From assembly GCF_009834535.1 (NCBI RefSeq), contig NC_045703.1, positions 33,728,001-33,792,000 on the forward strand: 64,000 bases of DNA, in the 5' to 3' direction. Source of the stretch: Camelus ferus. Its lineage: Eukaryota. Position 1 is the stretch's first letter; each line of letters opens with the position of its first letter. Under the pieces are notes generated by a model that worked only from the letters and a program-made list of their open reading frames with translations, ran no database searches and was not told the origin of the DNA. Position numbers and translations under genes: made by a program. Shown in pieces: positions 37,515-50,559 of the stretch.

Positions 37515-37899
37515 CCCTTACTCTCCATTCCACCAGCAACTCTTTTTATTCTTTACTAGGTGACTTTAAGAGCTGTTCAGTAGAATATTTTCCTTTTCAC
37601 AGGACCATTCTTGGTGCTTGAGTTAATGATGATGGTTCTGATGCCAAGCTTGTAGCCTTTCACTTGCATCAAAGCCCCCGCACACTTCCTGACCTGGGGG
37701 AGGGGAGACTTTCGACCTCACGACGCCCATCCTATTACATATGTCTTTCATTCACAAAGCATCAATTCATAAAGCATGAATTTGCCATTAATTGACTATG
37801 GTTTGACTCTTTTCAATTTATTTTGAGTCCCTATCTGAAAATATCTCAATGAAAGGAAGTGACTCCAAATATTTCAATGTTAGAAGCAAGAATGTCAAA

Positions 37900-37914
37900 T
37901 GTGTGTGTGTGTGT
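37900..37914. repeat. (TG)n microsatellite
   Basis: tgtgtgtgtgtgtgt. Confidence 0.9.
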
Positions 37915-39423
37915 CAGGGAGAGGGAGGAGAGATGAGTTAACTGGTGGATGGCTACTGGGTTGAAAAATATTTGAAATGACTGCAGTGATCCTTTGTCAC
38001 TAAACACAAGACCAATGTTGCTGTTCTGATTTAAATCCTTCACAACAAGCTGGAGCAGATGCACAAATATATTTTTGTAATTTAATGTGTAAAAAAGCCC
38101 ACCATGTAATCTGGACTCTCTTCTCTACATAATTATAGTCATTTTCTAAAGTGTCTAGTATGAAAACACAGAGCCACAACTGCAGTTTTCAGTAACATCT
38201 TGAAAAAACAGCATCTCACAGCTTAAAATCCAGTATGCTCTTTCTTCTCTGTACTGTATTACCTCACACTCCCCAAACTGCTTTTCGGAGGCAAGTACCA
38301 ATCACAACAGCTATGAGAGTCAAGGGGATGCTCTGGGTTCAGTGGGAGCACTATCCCAAGTGTCATGTTACCAGAGGAACAAGGAAGCACCAGGGCATTC
38401 GCCCAACGTGGTGTTGATATCAGTGGGTTACACAATCAGAGCAGTGAGTCACCACTGAATAGGCATGCAGTAAGCAGAACAGGATTTTGAAAAAGAAAAG
38501 AAATCATGGGGTGATTCATAGCATTTAAAAGAAATCTTTTTCAGTTCTTTAAGCTATGCCTATATATTTAAAGAAACATCAGGTCTTTTTTAGACTACAG
38601 AGAAAATATCTTATCTCCCTACCCTTGTCGGTACCCTTTATCTGCAGCTTCAATAGACAATAATTGCTTTCGAAAACTACCCTTTTTGATAAATCTTGCT
38701 TGAACAGTTTAGTGTAGAAAAGTCAAAACTTTGTTGTAGGCACTTACAAGCTTAATCAGGTCAAGAAGAGATAAACACCGTTAATGTTTCCTTTTTTTTC
38801 CCTCTCGCTTTCTCCGTTCTCTGCCTCTCATTCCTTATACTAATTCTGAAGCAATAATCTCCCTTTTATCTACTATTATTATGCATTCTCTCTACTACCA
38901 CCCACAGTTTTTAAAAAAAATTTTTTTTAAGGTAGATAAGCACTGAAAAAGTCAACTTTTCCATTCAACTTTTCTATCATAAAGGATCCCGGGCTCTTAT
39001 CAGGTAAGTCATAATGTGAAAATGTATCCATCTTGTAATAAGATCTCAGGTAATATCCCTTTGCTATATTGATTTTGAGGGGAAAAAAATCTTTGTTGCC
39101 AGAGTGCAGTGGTGGCTCTCCACAAGAGATTTGGAAAAGGCATGTTGAAATGTCTCCAACGAAACACGGCGAGAGAGGCTGTGTGGGGAAGCGTAACAGA
39201 ACTATTACAGTCAAGAAAGGAGCTGGTGCACAGGCGCATGATAAGATCTGAGAAATGTAAGCACGATAATATTCCCCCAAAGTCAGTTAAAATATGAATT
39301 TCTCAGAAAGATATATAATGATTACACTATTTAAATTAAATCTCCTTTCTCTTAAGATTGTGCGATCCCTAGGGTAGGTGTTTTGTTTCCTCAGCTCCAA
39401 GTTCAATACAGAGTCTGTAACGT

Positions 39424-39736
39424 CACTGTCTAATACAGTAGCTACTAGTTACTTGTGGATTTTTAACACTTGAAATGTGACCAGTTCCAACTGGAAGTAA
39501 AAATACACACTGGATTTTGAAGAGTTAGTGGGAAAAAAATAAGAATATCAGATATTTCATTAATAATTTTACTACTGGTTACAAGTCAAAATGATAATAT
39601 TTGGGGTGTATTTCATTCAACAAAACACAATAGTAAACTTAATTCCACTTGTTTATTTTTACCTTTTTAAAATGTGGCTACTAGACAATTTAAAATTCCA
39701 TATGTGACCCACAACATATTCCTATTAAGCAGTACT
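39424..39736 (-). mobile_element. MER33 hAT-Charlie MITE
   Basis: ctgtctaatacagtagctactagttacttgtgg...cacttgaaatgtg...aaaatgtggctactagacaatttaaaatt. Confidence 0.85.
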
Positions 39737-39885
39737 TCCCTAAAGAATTCAGTATTATGTGTTAAATGAACAAGTGAATGAATGGATGAATGAATGAAAG
39801 GTGCTTGCTTCCAGAGCTAACACTACCAGAAGGAACAACATCTAACTTTTAACAGAGTGTTACTCAAGAATAATAGGTCTATGAT

Positions 39886-40385
39886 TGTAGTAGACTTTAT
39901 CAATGTCTCCATCTCATTACCTCTTCCAATATCCATGCCTACTGCCATGTGCCTTTGTAGTTTTTCCCAATAAGAAGGGGTAATCTCTCTCCCTACTTCT
40001 TTTCTTTGAGGTTTGTTCATGGGATGTTTTGGTCAATGAAATACTGGCACGATTTGACCAAAGGCCTGAACTATGCTTGCATGATTGAGTTCGCTCTCCA
40101 GCACTTCTGCTACTGTGGTGAGGACTTGGTCAGGCCGGAGGGGGATGGGAGACATGCAGAACAGAACTAAGCTGCCCCAGTGGAGCCCAGCCTGGCCCCC
40201 GACTGATCCCCAGTCACATGAGCAGACAGCTGAGATCATCACATACTCAGTCCAGCAACAGCCTAGATCAGCCAATCCCAAATGACCTACGGACCCATGA
40301 GTTAGATATACGCTTATTATTGTGTGCCACTGAGAATCTGTGGTTTGTTGTTATCCAGCCCTTTTTGAGATACCTAACTGGTACA
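39886..40385 (+). mobile_element. MLT1 (F/G/H-like) solo LTR
   Basis: Starts tgtagtagac and ends ctaactggtaca. Internal ttggtcaatgaaatactggc, cagcctagatcagccaa, tgtgccactgagaatctgtggtttgttgtta. Confidence 0.85.
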
Positions 40386-41034
40386 GAAGTGTAGTCTTCA
40401 AAATTGAGCTTTCATCTTTTAATGTGACAATTGGGACTCTTGAAAATCCCTCTCTCTCTAACCTCTTAGATAAAATATCTTTTTGCTGTGATGAGATGTA
40501 TGAGGACTAGGGAAGATATTTTGGCAGGAGCTGGAAACATTCATCCTAGAAGTATAACTCATTGATTTTCATGGAGAGCTTTAAGGCAAGCATCAGCAGG
40601 GATGCTAAAACCTAAAAGGGACGGAATAGCACAGCATGATTCTTATCGTTCCAAGCAAGGACTGGATCTGTTATAGTGGTCATTCTTACAGATGTCCTTA
40701 GGTTTTTATTGTTGTTGGGGAAAAGCTGTTAATATATGAATGCTCCCAGCTTTGTCTTATCCCAGTGCTTGATGAAGATGGTACTGGCTTTGTCCACTCC
40801 CGTCACCCTCTGCTTCACCCTCAACATGCTCCTGGGAGGATTCTCCTATTGCCTCGTGGATTCTGCTTAAATTCTCTTCACATGATTTTTTAAAATGTAG
40901 GTAGAAAACTTAAGTTAATTAATTACTTGATTTTTAAAATAATACCTCCTCTTTGAGACTGGCTTCTGTGGGTCTCAGCTTCTGCCAGTGATGATCTTGT
41001 ACAAAAATTTAATGTGGAATGAAGTCATAACATG

Positions 41035-41250
41035 GTGGAGAGAGTGGAAGAGAGTGATATTCACTCCCCATATCACTTACTAGCTGCATAACTGGACAGT
41101 TACTAAGCCATTTCCAGACTCATTTACTTGATTTATACCGTGTACAAAACAACATCCGTCATAGGTTGTTCTCGGGCTTCAGTAAGACAGTGAATCTCAA
41201 AACGTCTAGCACATTGTTCAGACGTTTATAAGCGTTACTTGAAATGTTCA
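41035..41250 (+). mobile_element. MIR SINE
   Basis: cacttactagctgcataactggacagttactaagcc...cataggttgttctcggg...aaacgtctagcacattg. Confidence 0.65.
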
Positions 41251-42929
41251 GGGCGCAGTTCTTTCTCTACAAAAATTCAAAGTTTGGTCTATAATCACTG
41301 TAAAAGTTGACCTACAGCCCCAAGCTATGCTCCAAAGTTAGTAGCAACAGCTGGCTGCGTAAGCCGTTGCTAATGGACAGAGCTCTGTGTCCTTTACAAG
41401 TTACTTTTATGGAAGGGAAAGAAGCTATGCTCCTACCAGGCATAACTGATGAGAAACATCCCTGGGAGGTGCAAACTCAAATGCTGCCAGACTCAACAAA
41501 TAAAGTGACCAATTATGGAGACTTTTAAAATTAAATCTTTGAAAGAACACCTTACATGCCGTTCCATTACTATCCTAGTTACTCTGAGAAAAGAAAGCAG
41601 ATGTGTCCCCATGGTCAAAATAATGTCACATATTACTTTCAGCAGTGAAATTTGGAAACATGGGGTGTTACTGCATGGGGACTGAGTGTGGCTGATGAAT
41701 TCTGGTTTTCACTAGCGATACAACAAGTGAATCACAAGGCGGCGTCTAGGTTCTAGATACTGTTCAGCATAGACAGCTATATAGAGCTGTACAGAGGAGG
41801 CACTGGGCATCATGGTTTGAAATTACAGTACAAAAGTGCCAGCTGATGCTATGTAGGCAGCGACTTGCCTGAGATTGCAAGAAGAATAAAATTAGATTAA
41901 GAAGATAAATACGCTTTTCTGGAGACTGGAAAACACCAAAAACAGCATCACGCTTCTGAGTTTACAAAATGAAAGTTTAGGGAGGATGGGAAGTAATGTG
42001 TGACCAAGCCCACAGTTTTGAGACAGGGATGGATTAGGAAAAATCCTCCTGGTTCTCCTCGCATACATGTGAATAATGCTTAACATTAAATGGCAAGTCA
42101 GGCTTATCATCAACCATAATGTCCTGGTATGTAGCCAGCCTGCCAGCATAGACTGTGACCCTGGAGCTCCGCAGGTGATAGGAATTGGTGACAACAGGGT
42201 AGCTGAGCAGATGTGGTTTGGTGAGCTGGTGCGGGGACGGCCATAAGCTGCAAGGACAGATACAGTCCTGCAAGGGCACTGAAGCACAATTTCAGGGTAT
42301 GCTGTGGAGAGCAGTGCCCTGCTGGGAAGCCGGGGCGCCTGATAGATTGCTCCGACACATAGTAATCAGGGGCAGTGGCCTTGTTTCCAAGGCAAAATAT
42401 CAAGCAAATCTGGTACGAAGAACAGACTCTCAGAATCTGAAGCTCTGCGCATGCCAGGAGAAGCCACAGACAAACAAGACAATGATTATGCACATACAGG
42501 CGGGAAAGGAGATGTGTGTGTATGTGATGTCCAGGTTAGTGACACTAGAGCCAAATCTGGAAAATACTGTGTGCTTTATGCTGTTATAAAGGTAGAGGGT
42601 TTGTGGAAAGGGCTCAGGAAAGATAGTTAAGTCTCTTGACCTCCTAGAAGCTGCAGCTTAAATGATGGCGGAGCATGCATCTTCAGCCTTTGTGTGCAGG
42701 CAGACAGAATAAGAATTTTTGCAAATGGATCTAGCTTGGGAATTCTCAGTGGCTATACCCAGTGTACAGCAGTCTACAGACGTAATGCTTGATATATGTG
42801 CTGAATTATATCCTGTTAATAACGTGTCTTAATATAACTTTGAAGAGGAGTGCTTGCCCGGCATTCAATCACTTCTGTGATCCCTGGCAAAGGGAAACAT
42901 GTCATACAGCCATGTTCCATGAGCTGAAT

Positions 42930-43070
42930 TACCAGGAGGGGACTACTGAGAACTTGAAGGCATGGCTATGTCACTTGAGTTTTGAACTTACCAGATGTCA
43001 TCTCTGCTGAAGTCACAGTGTTTTTGTGAGGATCAAAAGTGATCATGGCTACAGACGTAATTTGCAAACC
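42930..43070 (+). mobile_element. MIR remnant
   Basis: atgtcacttgagttttgaactt...cacagtgtttttgtgaggatcaaaagtgatcatg. Confidence 0.5.
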
Positions 43071-43556
43071 CTCGAGCCCCATACACTTCTACTGTAAGGT
43101 TTAAAGTATAGTCAAGAAAACTTCAACAACAGTGTTCAAAGCAGACCTACTACAATTTGCTCTTCAACTCATCTCAGCTTTAACAGACAGTAATACAGTT
43201 TGTTTGCTAGCCACTTAAGCTAAGACAAGTAAAAAGCTTTAACGATAGCTTAAGCAGCATTTCTATAGCAGTGCTCCTATTAAGAGAAAAAAGGAACGAA
43301 TGTTCATCCTCTTGTTGTCTTAACAGTCCTAGGAAAGCTATCTTCTCACTCAAAATCAAGTTTTATTACATTGGTTAGTTTGGACTTTACACAACTTCTG
43401 AATGTAAGGCTAGGCCCCGGTTACCAATTTGTAGTTCTTGAGAAGATCATAGGTTGGGTTTGCCACTACCTGTGTAAGAGGAGAACCTTTAAAGAGAAAG
43501 GATTTCTTTTTTAGCCCAACTGTAACTTTATTTATACAGACAATGCCCCAACCCCG

Positions 43557-43591
43557 CAAAACAAAAAACAAACAAACAAACAAACAAAAAA
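43557..43591. repeat. (AAAC)n simple repeat
   Basis: caaaacaaaaaacaaacaaacaaacaaacaaaaaa. Confidence 0.95.
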
Positions 43592-44895
43592 CCCCAAAAA
43601 CAACTTGAATTAGACAGTAAACTCTAATCTACCACAACCTGGTTTCATTCACTGTGGTAATGGGAACAAGAGTAGTAAGAGTAGATTAAACAAAAATGTC
43701 TTCTAATTTTCCTTTCTTTTTAATCAAAGTTCCTAACTGAAATAAACTCATTTTCCTCTGTCTATTCCTTAATTTTGTTTCCTTTGCCTTCAGCCTGGAA
43801 TTGGTAATTCACTCAACTGTGGATTATTGTTTCTCATCCTTCCACGTACCCTTCTGTGGTTAATCCTCTACAGTTATTGGTCTTGTTGCAGCCACAATAG
43901 TTGAGCTTTCCTGAAGTTAACACAGGGACCACGGGCAGGGGGCTCTGTAACTTTGTTGTGGTGTCAATTTGAATTGGGGGTACCAACCACTCAGGCAATG
44001 AGAGTTAACCCAATGGCCACCGATACCTTAGGCTGTTTTTCACTTGTTCCTTAGTGATGGCTACAATCAAACTGTGTATCATCATGAAAAACGAGAGAAA
44101 TAAACTAAGAATCAGAGATAAACTTAAGAAAAGTAGAAAATAAACTTGAGGTCTGAGTCTAGTTGGAGAAACAAGAGTGACTGACAGAAATGTGATTTTG
44201 CAGAAAGCACTGGGGCTTCTATAGTTCTTAATCCACAAATTTGGTGATTCCGCAGTATCAGGTCATGTTTTGTAAAGAAGTTTCTATCTCATGTTTAAAA
44301 GTTTGATAGTTAAAAATAAATTTAAGAGACTCTCTGGGGTTAAGCATTTTGTTTCTGGTCGTTGCTCAGTTATCCTAGTGCCCTTGAAAATGGCTCCACC
44401 CCATATTTGCATTTCTATCCTTTATTTAATGTCTCTTAATACTTTCTAGTCTGTAGTCTGCTATTGATAGTTGTCTAGGTGAGCATGAATAACACTGAGC
44501 GTAGTTAGAAATTTCAATTTTTATTATTTGTTTTAAAGTCAACAGAAAAAATATTTTTCTAACTGAATTTAAAAGCCTAAACTTGTAAACAATATAATAT
44601 GAAATATTCACTATGGGTTCCACCAATTATATTTTCATGTATGTAGATGGTGAGCCTTTTTAGAACTAGATCTGTACAAAATATTTGAAAATGAAAGAGT
44701 TTGATTAGAACACAATATTATGAAGGTTGCTGTAAAAAACGATGCATCTCTAAATAAGCAAGCACTAACAGTTTGCTACAGAAAGTTCTGTTAGCTTTTC
44801 AAGATCCACCCAGCAAATTATTCAGATATTTAGCAGATAGTCTGAGAAGAGAGTGTATGGTCACCAGATTGCTGTGCATGACCTCGTGGTTGATG

Positions 44896-45020
44896 GTTCA
44901 TTCATTCATCAAAGACTTACTGAAAGCCTGCTCTGGGCCAGGCACTAAGTTAGGCTGTAGGCATAAAATCACAAGGAAAACCAGATAAGTTCTCTCCTTT
45001 CGTGAAGCTAGTGTCTAATG
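44896..45020 (-). mobile_element. L2 3' terminal fragment
   Basis: ttcattcattcatcaaagacttactgaaagcctgctctgggccaggcactaag. Confidence 0.8.
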
Positions 45021-45759
45021 ATTCAGACAATTTAATCATTTTCCAAAAAAGAGGCAGATTTGTAGGAAAATAAAAATTGCAATAATTGAAATAAAAGTAA
45101 GACAGCCCTCACCTTCCATGGCTCCAGCATGTATGAGCCTCAGTACCGTGCAAAGCAAAAATTGCCTATAATGTAGCATCAGCTGTTTCAGTCCCAAAGC
45201 AGAACATTCAGACTGAAGGTATTTTATATTCAATGGTGCTTCTACCCTGTGTGTGTATGTGGTACATGAGGACATCTGTGACACTTTTGCTGGTCCCCAC
45301 TGATGATGCTACCTAGCGTTTCAGAGTCTTGTGAAGACTAGCCCATTTAATCAATGAAACATGAAATAATTTTCTTTTAATTTCATCTCCTTTCTCCCTA
45401 CTTAAGAAATGTATTAAATACCAAAGAGGTCAGCTTCTAGAAATTCATTGCCTTGTGTCTATGCTTTTTATTAACATTCTTTTAGCACAAACATGCTAAT
45501 CAATAATTAACTTTTTAGGCCCAGGGGAACCTCTTACATGTTTTTCTTTTTCTATCAACTGTTTATTACTTGTACTTCCGCTGTACCAGCAAATGGCTTT
45601 TACTTTATTCAATCATGCATTCAAAGTTACAAGAAATAACTTGAGCAGCAAACAAAGTATGAAACAGAAGAGAAGTCCTTGGCACTCCTTAGATACACAG
45701 CTATTGTTCTCCACCTCAGAACTCTTTTCTGGTAGTGAGGGTGGGGACACTGTACAGCA

Positions 45760-46135
45760 GTGGATGCCTCCAGTGTCTAAGAGTGTTGGCAGAAGGCAGC
45801 TCACAGCTGCACCCCTCTCCTGGCATCACCCTTGGCTGAAGGGATCTGTGGGTAACACAATGTGCCTCTTTCCCAGGGGTAGTCTATATCCAGTGACTGG
45901 ATAACATGGGATACAAAGGCTGGGACTCTTGCCTCAATTTAGAACAACTCTGAGCACCCATCCAGGTTAAAATCTCCCAGGATAACCTAGGGTCTCTGTT
46001 GTAACAGCTCACAGGTGATCCCCTCCCTCTGCCCAATCCTGCTTCCCTCAATTCCTTCTAGCTTTTGTTCCCAAACACTTCCACAAATTCCAAGTACACA
46101 AATTTCCTATGGACTGTGTTTCCAGGGCACTCAAA
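45760..46135 (+). mobile_element. LTR16-family (ERVL) LTR
   Basis: ggcagctcacagctgcacccctctcc...ccctctgcccaatcctgcttccctca...gactgtgtttccaggg. Confidence 0.75.
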
Positions 46136-47494
46136 GGAGGGTACTGCATCAAATAAAAAAACAAAGATAACTAATAGAAAAATAGATCAATATGAATATG
46201 AAGTATTTGGATATCCTTATCTATTTTCATGATTCCTATCATTCAAATTTAAGGAAGTTTTATTTATATAATACCATAAAAAATTTATGATAGGAATATC
46301 ACTCATTGTTTCAGACTGAATTTTAGGAAATATTTTGAATTCCCCAAATGCTTCTCAGGAGATATTGTTTAGGGATAAATTTTTTCAATAGTCCAAATGC
46401 ATCATTGTGATAAAATGGGATGGAAGTAAACTGAATACAAATAAATACAATTTTAAGCTTTGAGTCCTTTCAGAGCTAACAATGAGCATGATATATTTTC
46501 AAATTTTACTTTTCATTGACTAGAATATGAAGGGGAGAAAAATTTAGCAGGGAAAGAGAAGAATTCACTAAGTACATGATCATAATAAAGATATTGCCAA
46601 TTTTGGTATGAAGTAATGGACATTTTTGTCTTCTCTTGGGTTAAACTTTGTCTTTTTGTTACTTTTAAGTGTTAATTTTCAAAGTGTAAGTTTAACTTCA
46701 GTCCAGGTGAGCAAATGGATTATTGGAAGGACAAAGGTATTATTGTTGCTTAGTGCCTGCATTACTGAATCTCATCGACAGACTCACTCATCTGATAAGA
46801 ATTTCACTTGCTTACTCATGACCTTAAAGTTGAGTATTTAGAAGTACCAGAAAAGTAGAAATCTTTCTTAAGTGTTTTGTGTGAGTAAATGGAGCAGGGA
46901 ATGGAACGGATGCCTATGAAATGACTTACTAATAGCAAAGTATCAGAAGCATGAGGAAAGAGCCTGTGAAATGGAATCTTCAGTAATAAGACCTGCGTTC
47001 CAAGAAATGCCTTTCTGATTCCATTCAATTAATGCTGGGGAGGCACCATGGCAGTAGGGATAAACCCTTAAATCAAAGTAAAAGTAATGTCTCATAAGTA
47101 TAAAACCTAGGTAATTTTGCCTTTGCGGTAGCATTAATGTGGGAGAGTGGTTTTAAAACTGCATTTCAGCAGTGAAGTACTTTCTTCAAATGAAATCTTA
47201 TACAGAAGCTCAATATGTAAAATGGAAAAAAGAAGACTAGCTCTGTTTGAAGTCAGAGGTCAGAGGCGGGGTGGTCCAGTAGTGCAGACCTCCTCTAACT
47301 CTGAGAGACAATGCGAGAACTCCTAGGACTCCAGGGAGCAGAGTGTAAAAGCCAGCTGGGGTATTGGAAAGCTCTCAACTGTGAGCATCATACGTTTAAA
47401 TTTTCTATTGTTTCCCAGCATTCGTTTTCCTGTTTCTTGTTCCTATCACTACGAAGACGTTCTCAGCATGTGTTTTGGATAGATTTGACACCAT

Positions 47495-47962
47495 TCTTGA
47501 CTCTAGGAGTGGCCCCCGATTGACTTAAGCTAGTTAACATATCCAATCTCCAGGCTACACTAAAAGACCTGATAGATTCAGGGTTGAATAGGTGATCCAA
47601 CTCAGGTAATCAGAGCTGCAAGAATCGATTCAAGTGACTGGCCTTTTTTTTAATCCCTATCCTAAGAGGAAAGTGGACTCTCTTTTGTGCTAGGTTTGTA
47701 CCTGAAAGCACACCCTAGGAGCTGCTGAATTGTTATATTCTGACAGTAATGGAGGAGAATTGCAAAATGGAGCCAACACTGAAGAAGTGGAACTGAGAAC
47801 TGGAAACAGTCGTCCTCTTGAGTTCATTTGAGCTATTTACTGGTCAAGAGTAGCCTGAAGCCAGCCAGACTTCTTAGTTACATGACAATACATTTCCTTT
47901 CCTCTTTAAACCAACTTTTAATTGGATCTTCTGTTGTAATGAAAAAGTATCACAACTGGTAT
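47495..47962 (+). mobile_element. MLT1 (J/K-like) LTR remnant
   Basis: gaattgcaaaatggagccaacactgaagaag...cctgaagccagccagacttcttagttacatgacaatacatttcc...acaactggta. Confidence 0.7.
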
Positions 47963-47974
47963 CTATTTCATCCC

Positions 47975-48150
47975 AACACCTAGAGTGAGCAGCTCAGCAA
48001 ATATCTGTTGACTGAATGAGTCGTGGGTTCTAATTCCCGTCTTGCCCCTAGCCGATAATTTATTTAACTCCTCCAGGTCTTACCTCCCTTAACTGTAAAA
48101 CAAGAAGGGTTGCTCAGGTTGTTCTTGAAAACCCATTCCTGCTCTAACAC
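47975..48150 (+). mobile_element. L2 tail followed by MIR3-like remnant
   Basis: gctcagcaaatatctgttgactgaatgag, then gggttctaattcc...ttaactgtaaaacaag...cctgctctaacact. Confidence 0.5.
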
Positions 48151-48541
48151 TGTGAGTCTCTCTATGTCTTTGTGCAGACTAGTGCTTATGTGTCTGCTTC
48201 TCATTCAGTCTGCAGAGGTCTGAGAGTTAACGCACTGACTCAGTTTCGTACAAGTTTGGCCCACTGAGGATTTTTCATTAGCCACGGGTTAAGGTGGCCC
48301 CATTCCTCCCTCAGCTGAGTGTCTGATTATGAAATAACACTGAAGAGAAGCTGTACATGGGGAGGACCAGGAATGTCAAATTCGTAAGAGTCAAAGCAGG
48401 GTTATCACTATTTGCTTAAGAGTTTTCTGAACATCTGCAGAGGGGGAGGAGTATAAGTTCTAGACGATTGCAAGAGAGAACTGTATTATTTGAGGATAAT
48501 TACAGGGATACCTATAATTCTTAATTAAAATTTCAGAATGT

Positions 48542-48628
48542 GGAGGGGTGGATATGGCTCAGTGGTAAAGCACATGCTTAGCATGCACAAGGTCCTGAGT
48601 TCAATCCCCAGCTAGTCCATTAAAAAAA
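48542..48628 (+). mobile_element. Camelid tRNA-derived SINE (Vic-1 type)
   Basis: ggaggggtggatatggctcagtggtaaagcacatgcttagcatgcacaaggtcctgagttcaatccccagctagtccatt-A7. Degenerate TSD tttcagaatg / tttcaagatg. Confidence 0.9.
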
Positions 48629-48699
48629 TTTTTTTTTCAAGATGCTATCGGCCTGTGAGCAGAATGTGTTGAGAAATGGAAAGAAATGCTTTCTTTTGT

Positions 48700-48743
48700 A
48701 AAAAAAAAAATACATATATATGTGTGTGTGTATATATATATAA
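48700..48743. repeat. Compound A / (TA)n / (TG)n microsatellite
   Basis: aaaaaaaaaaatacatatatatgtgtgtgtgtatatatatata. Confidence 0.9.
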
Positions 48744-48913
48744 AATCTACCTATCGACTCACTCCAGCTTAAGGCTGACCCTGCCTGAGGCTTATGGCAA
48801 AGCATCATCACCTTTGGATCTTCAGAGGACAGGAGGGGTGGGTGCAGTAACTCTGTCCTTTCTTTATAAGCTTTCATATTTTAGGTTGTTTTCCATCATA
48901 GTCTCAATCTAGA

Positions 48914-49215
48914 GCAGATTCAATAGAAATATAACGCAAGTGAGCCACATATGCAATTTAAAATTTTCCAGTAGCAACACTTTAAAAAGTAAAAAAAAAA
49001 AAAAAAAAGTGAAATTAATTTTAATAATTATTTATTTAACCTAATATATTGAAAATATGATTATTTCACTAGGTGCTCAACATAAAAAGTCATTAATGAG
49101 ATGTTTTATATGTTTTTGGTACTAAATCTTAGAAACCTGAAATCATAGCACATTTCAATTCAGATTAGTTACATTTCAAGTGCTCAGTGGCCACATGCAC
49201 TGTGTATCACTCAGC
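48914..49215 (+). mobile_element. MER33 hAT-Charlie MITE
   Basis: caatagaaatataacgcaagtgagccacatatgcaatttaaaattttccagtagc...acatttcaagtgctcagtggccacatg. Confidence 0.88.
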
Positions 49216-49851
49216 AAAGATCTAGAGAATAGCTGCTTCCTCCTGGGTTTTTGTTTTGTCTTGTTTTGTTTGGGCTGGGGTGGGGTGGGGGGGTGCACAT
49301 ACTATCAAACACTGCAGTTTAAATCTGAGGGGCTGGCATCTCTTCTCATGAGGGATAGAAGTTTAACGTGGCCCAGCAGTGGGGAGGAGGGAGGCAGTGA
49401 CAGGGAAGGAGAGTGGAGAAGGCTGTGGGCTTGTGTTCACGTGGCTAAAGCTGTTCACCAGGTCCAGAAGTTTAGATGTGATGCTCTTCACAATTAGAAG
49501 CCGCTGGAAATGCTTACACTGGGGAATGGTGTGATTTCATGAGTGTGTTAGGTCTTGCAGCCAGTCTGCCTGGCTTCTGTCTGCTGGATGTGTGGAGAGA
49601 CAATAGTTCAGCTAGGAATCTATTTTTTTCGCCCAGTAATTCTTTTTCCCTTTCTTCATTTAAGCAGACAGCAGACCCCCTGCTCATTGCCTCAGGGAAG
49701 GACTATGGCAAGGTGAAAAATAGAAATGTTCTCTCTGGCTTTTCTGATCCGAAATTGCCTGAGGACAACTTAGAGATCGACAGGAAGAGAAAGTGGAGGT
49801 GTGGGGAAACTGTTTTAGAAAGAAGCACAAAGCAAGAAGGGTAGTCCTCTG

Positions 49852-49932
49852 GGCAAGGAGGAAAGAGGTGAGAGAGGAGGGAAAGAGAGGAGAAAAGAGA
49901 GAGCAGAGGAAAATAGGAGAGAGAAGAGAGGG
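49852..49932 (+). repeat. GA-rich polypurine low-complexity tract
   Basis: ggaggaaagaggtgagagaggagggaaagagaggagaaaagagagagcagaggaaaataggagagagaagagaggg. Confidence 0.9.
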
Positions 49933-50559
49933 CTTGAGCTCGACTTCTTGGCAAACAGGTCCTCTTTGAAAGGCTACCTGGAGAGGAGGCAACGCTGAAG
50001 GAAGGAAATGAGCGTGTGCCACAAGGAGATGGAAGAGCCCCCAGGCAGCCTGCAGAACGGTGCACCCTGAGGTGGTCTATGCCTCATGGCCACCAACGAG
50101 GACCCTGGACCAGATTCTTATTGGTCTCAGCCCTACAGGATGATCAGACACGGCAGAAGACCTCGAAACTCCCAACTGAGTGTGTTTAAATTTCTGGCTG
50201 TCCTGGCAAGTTCAATATGGTTTCAGAACAGTAATTAGATTGGGCTTTGGAAAACAGTGTAATCTTCCCTGCACACCTGAGTTTGTGACTGAGATTCACA
50301 TGGACAAGGGTGCAGGCTGAGGTAAGAGCCCAGTGAGAAAGCTACTGCAGGTCAAGTGAAAGACGCTGGGTGTGCTAGTGGCCCTTCCAGAGAAGGAAGT
50401 AGATGGTGTCCAGTGCTGCTTGGGGGAGAATTGGCCGTGTTTGTTGAATGGGGGCAGTGCACTGACGAGAGAGAGGAATTGGCTTATCTCAAATTTTTGA
50501 CATAGGAAAACAGAAAATTTTGAAAAAAAAAAACACGACATTTTTGAGATACTTACCAA

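Noticed and set aside
38985-39256. Plus-strand exon candidates (19 nt with CAG|gtaagt; about 154 nt with AAT|gtaagc)
   Set aside because: Translations are not recognisable, and joining them to the 37063 exon gives early stops. Similar splice-like pairs occur on both strands throughout the window, consistent with chance.
41892-42589. Cluster of four ORFs of 81-131 aa
   Set aside because: Both strands are open because of locally higher GC. Starts are mostly non-ATG and there is no homology or clear splice context.
49539-50065. Overlapping 101-120 aa ORFs on both strands
   Set aside because: Produced by the GA-rich low-complexity tract. The translations are S/L/F/P- or R/K/E-biased with no domain.
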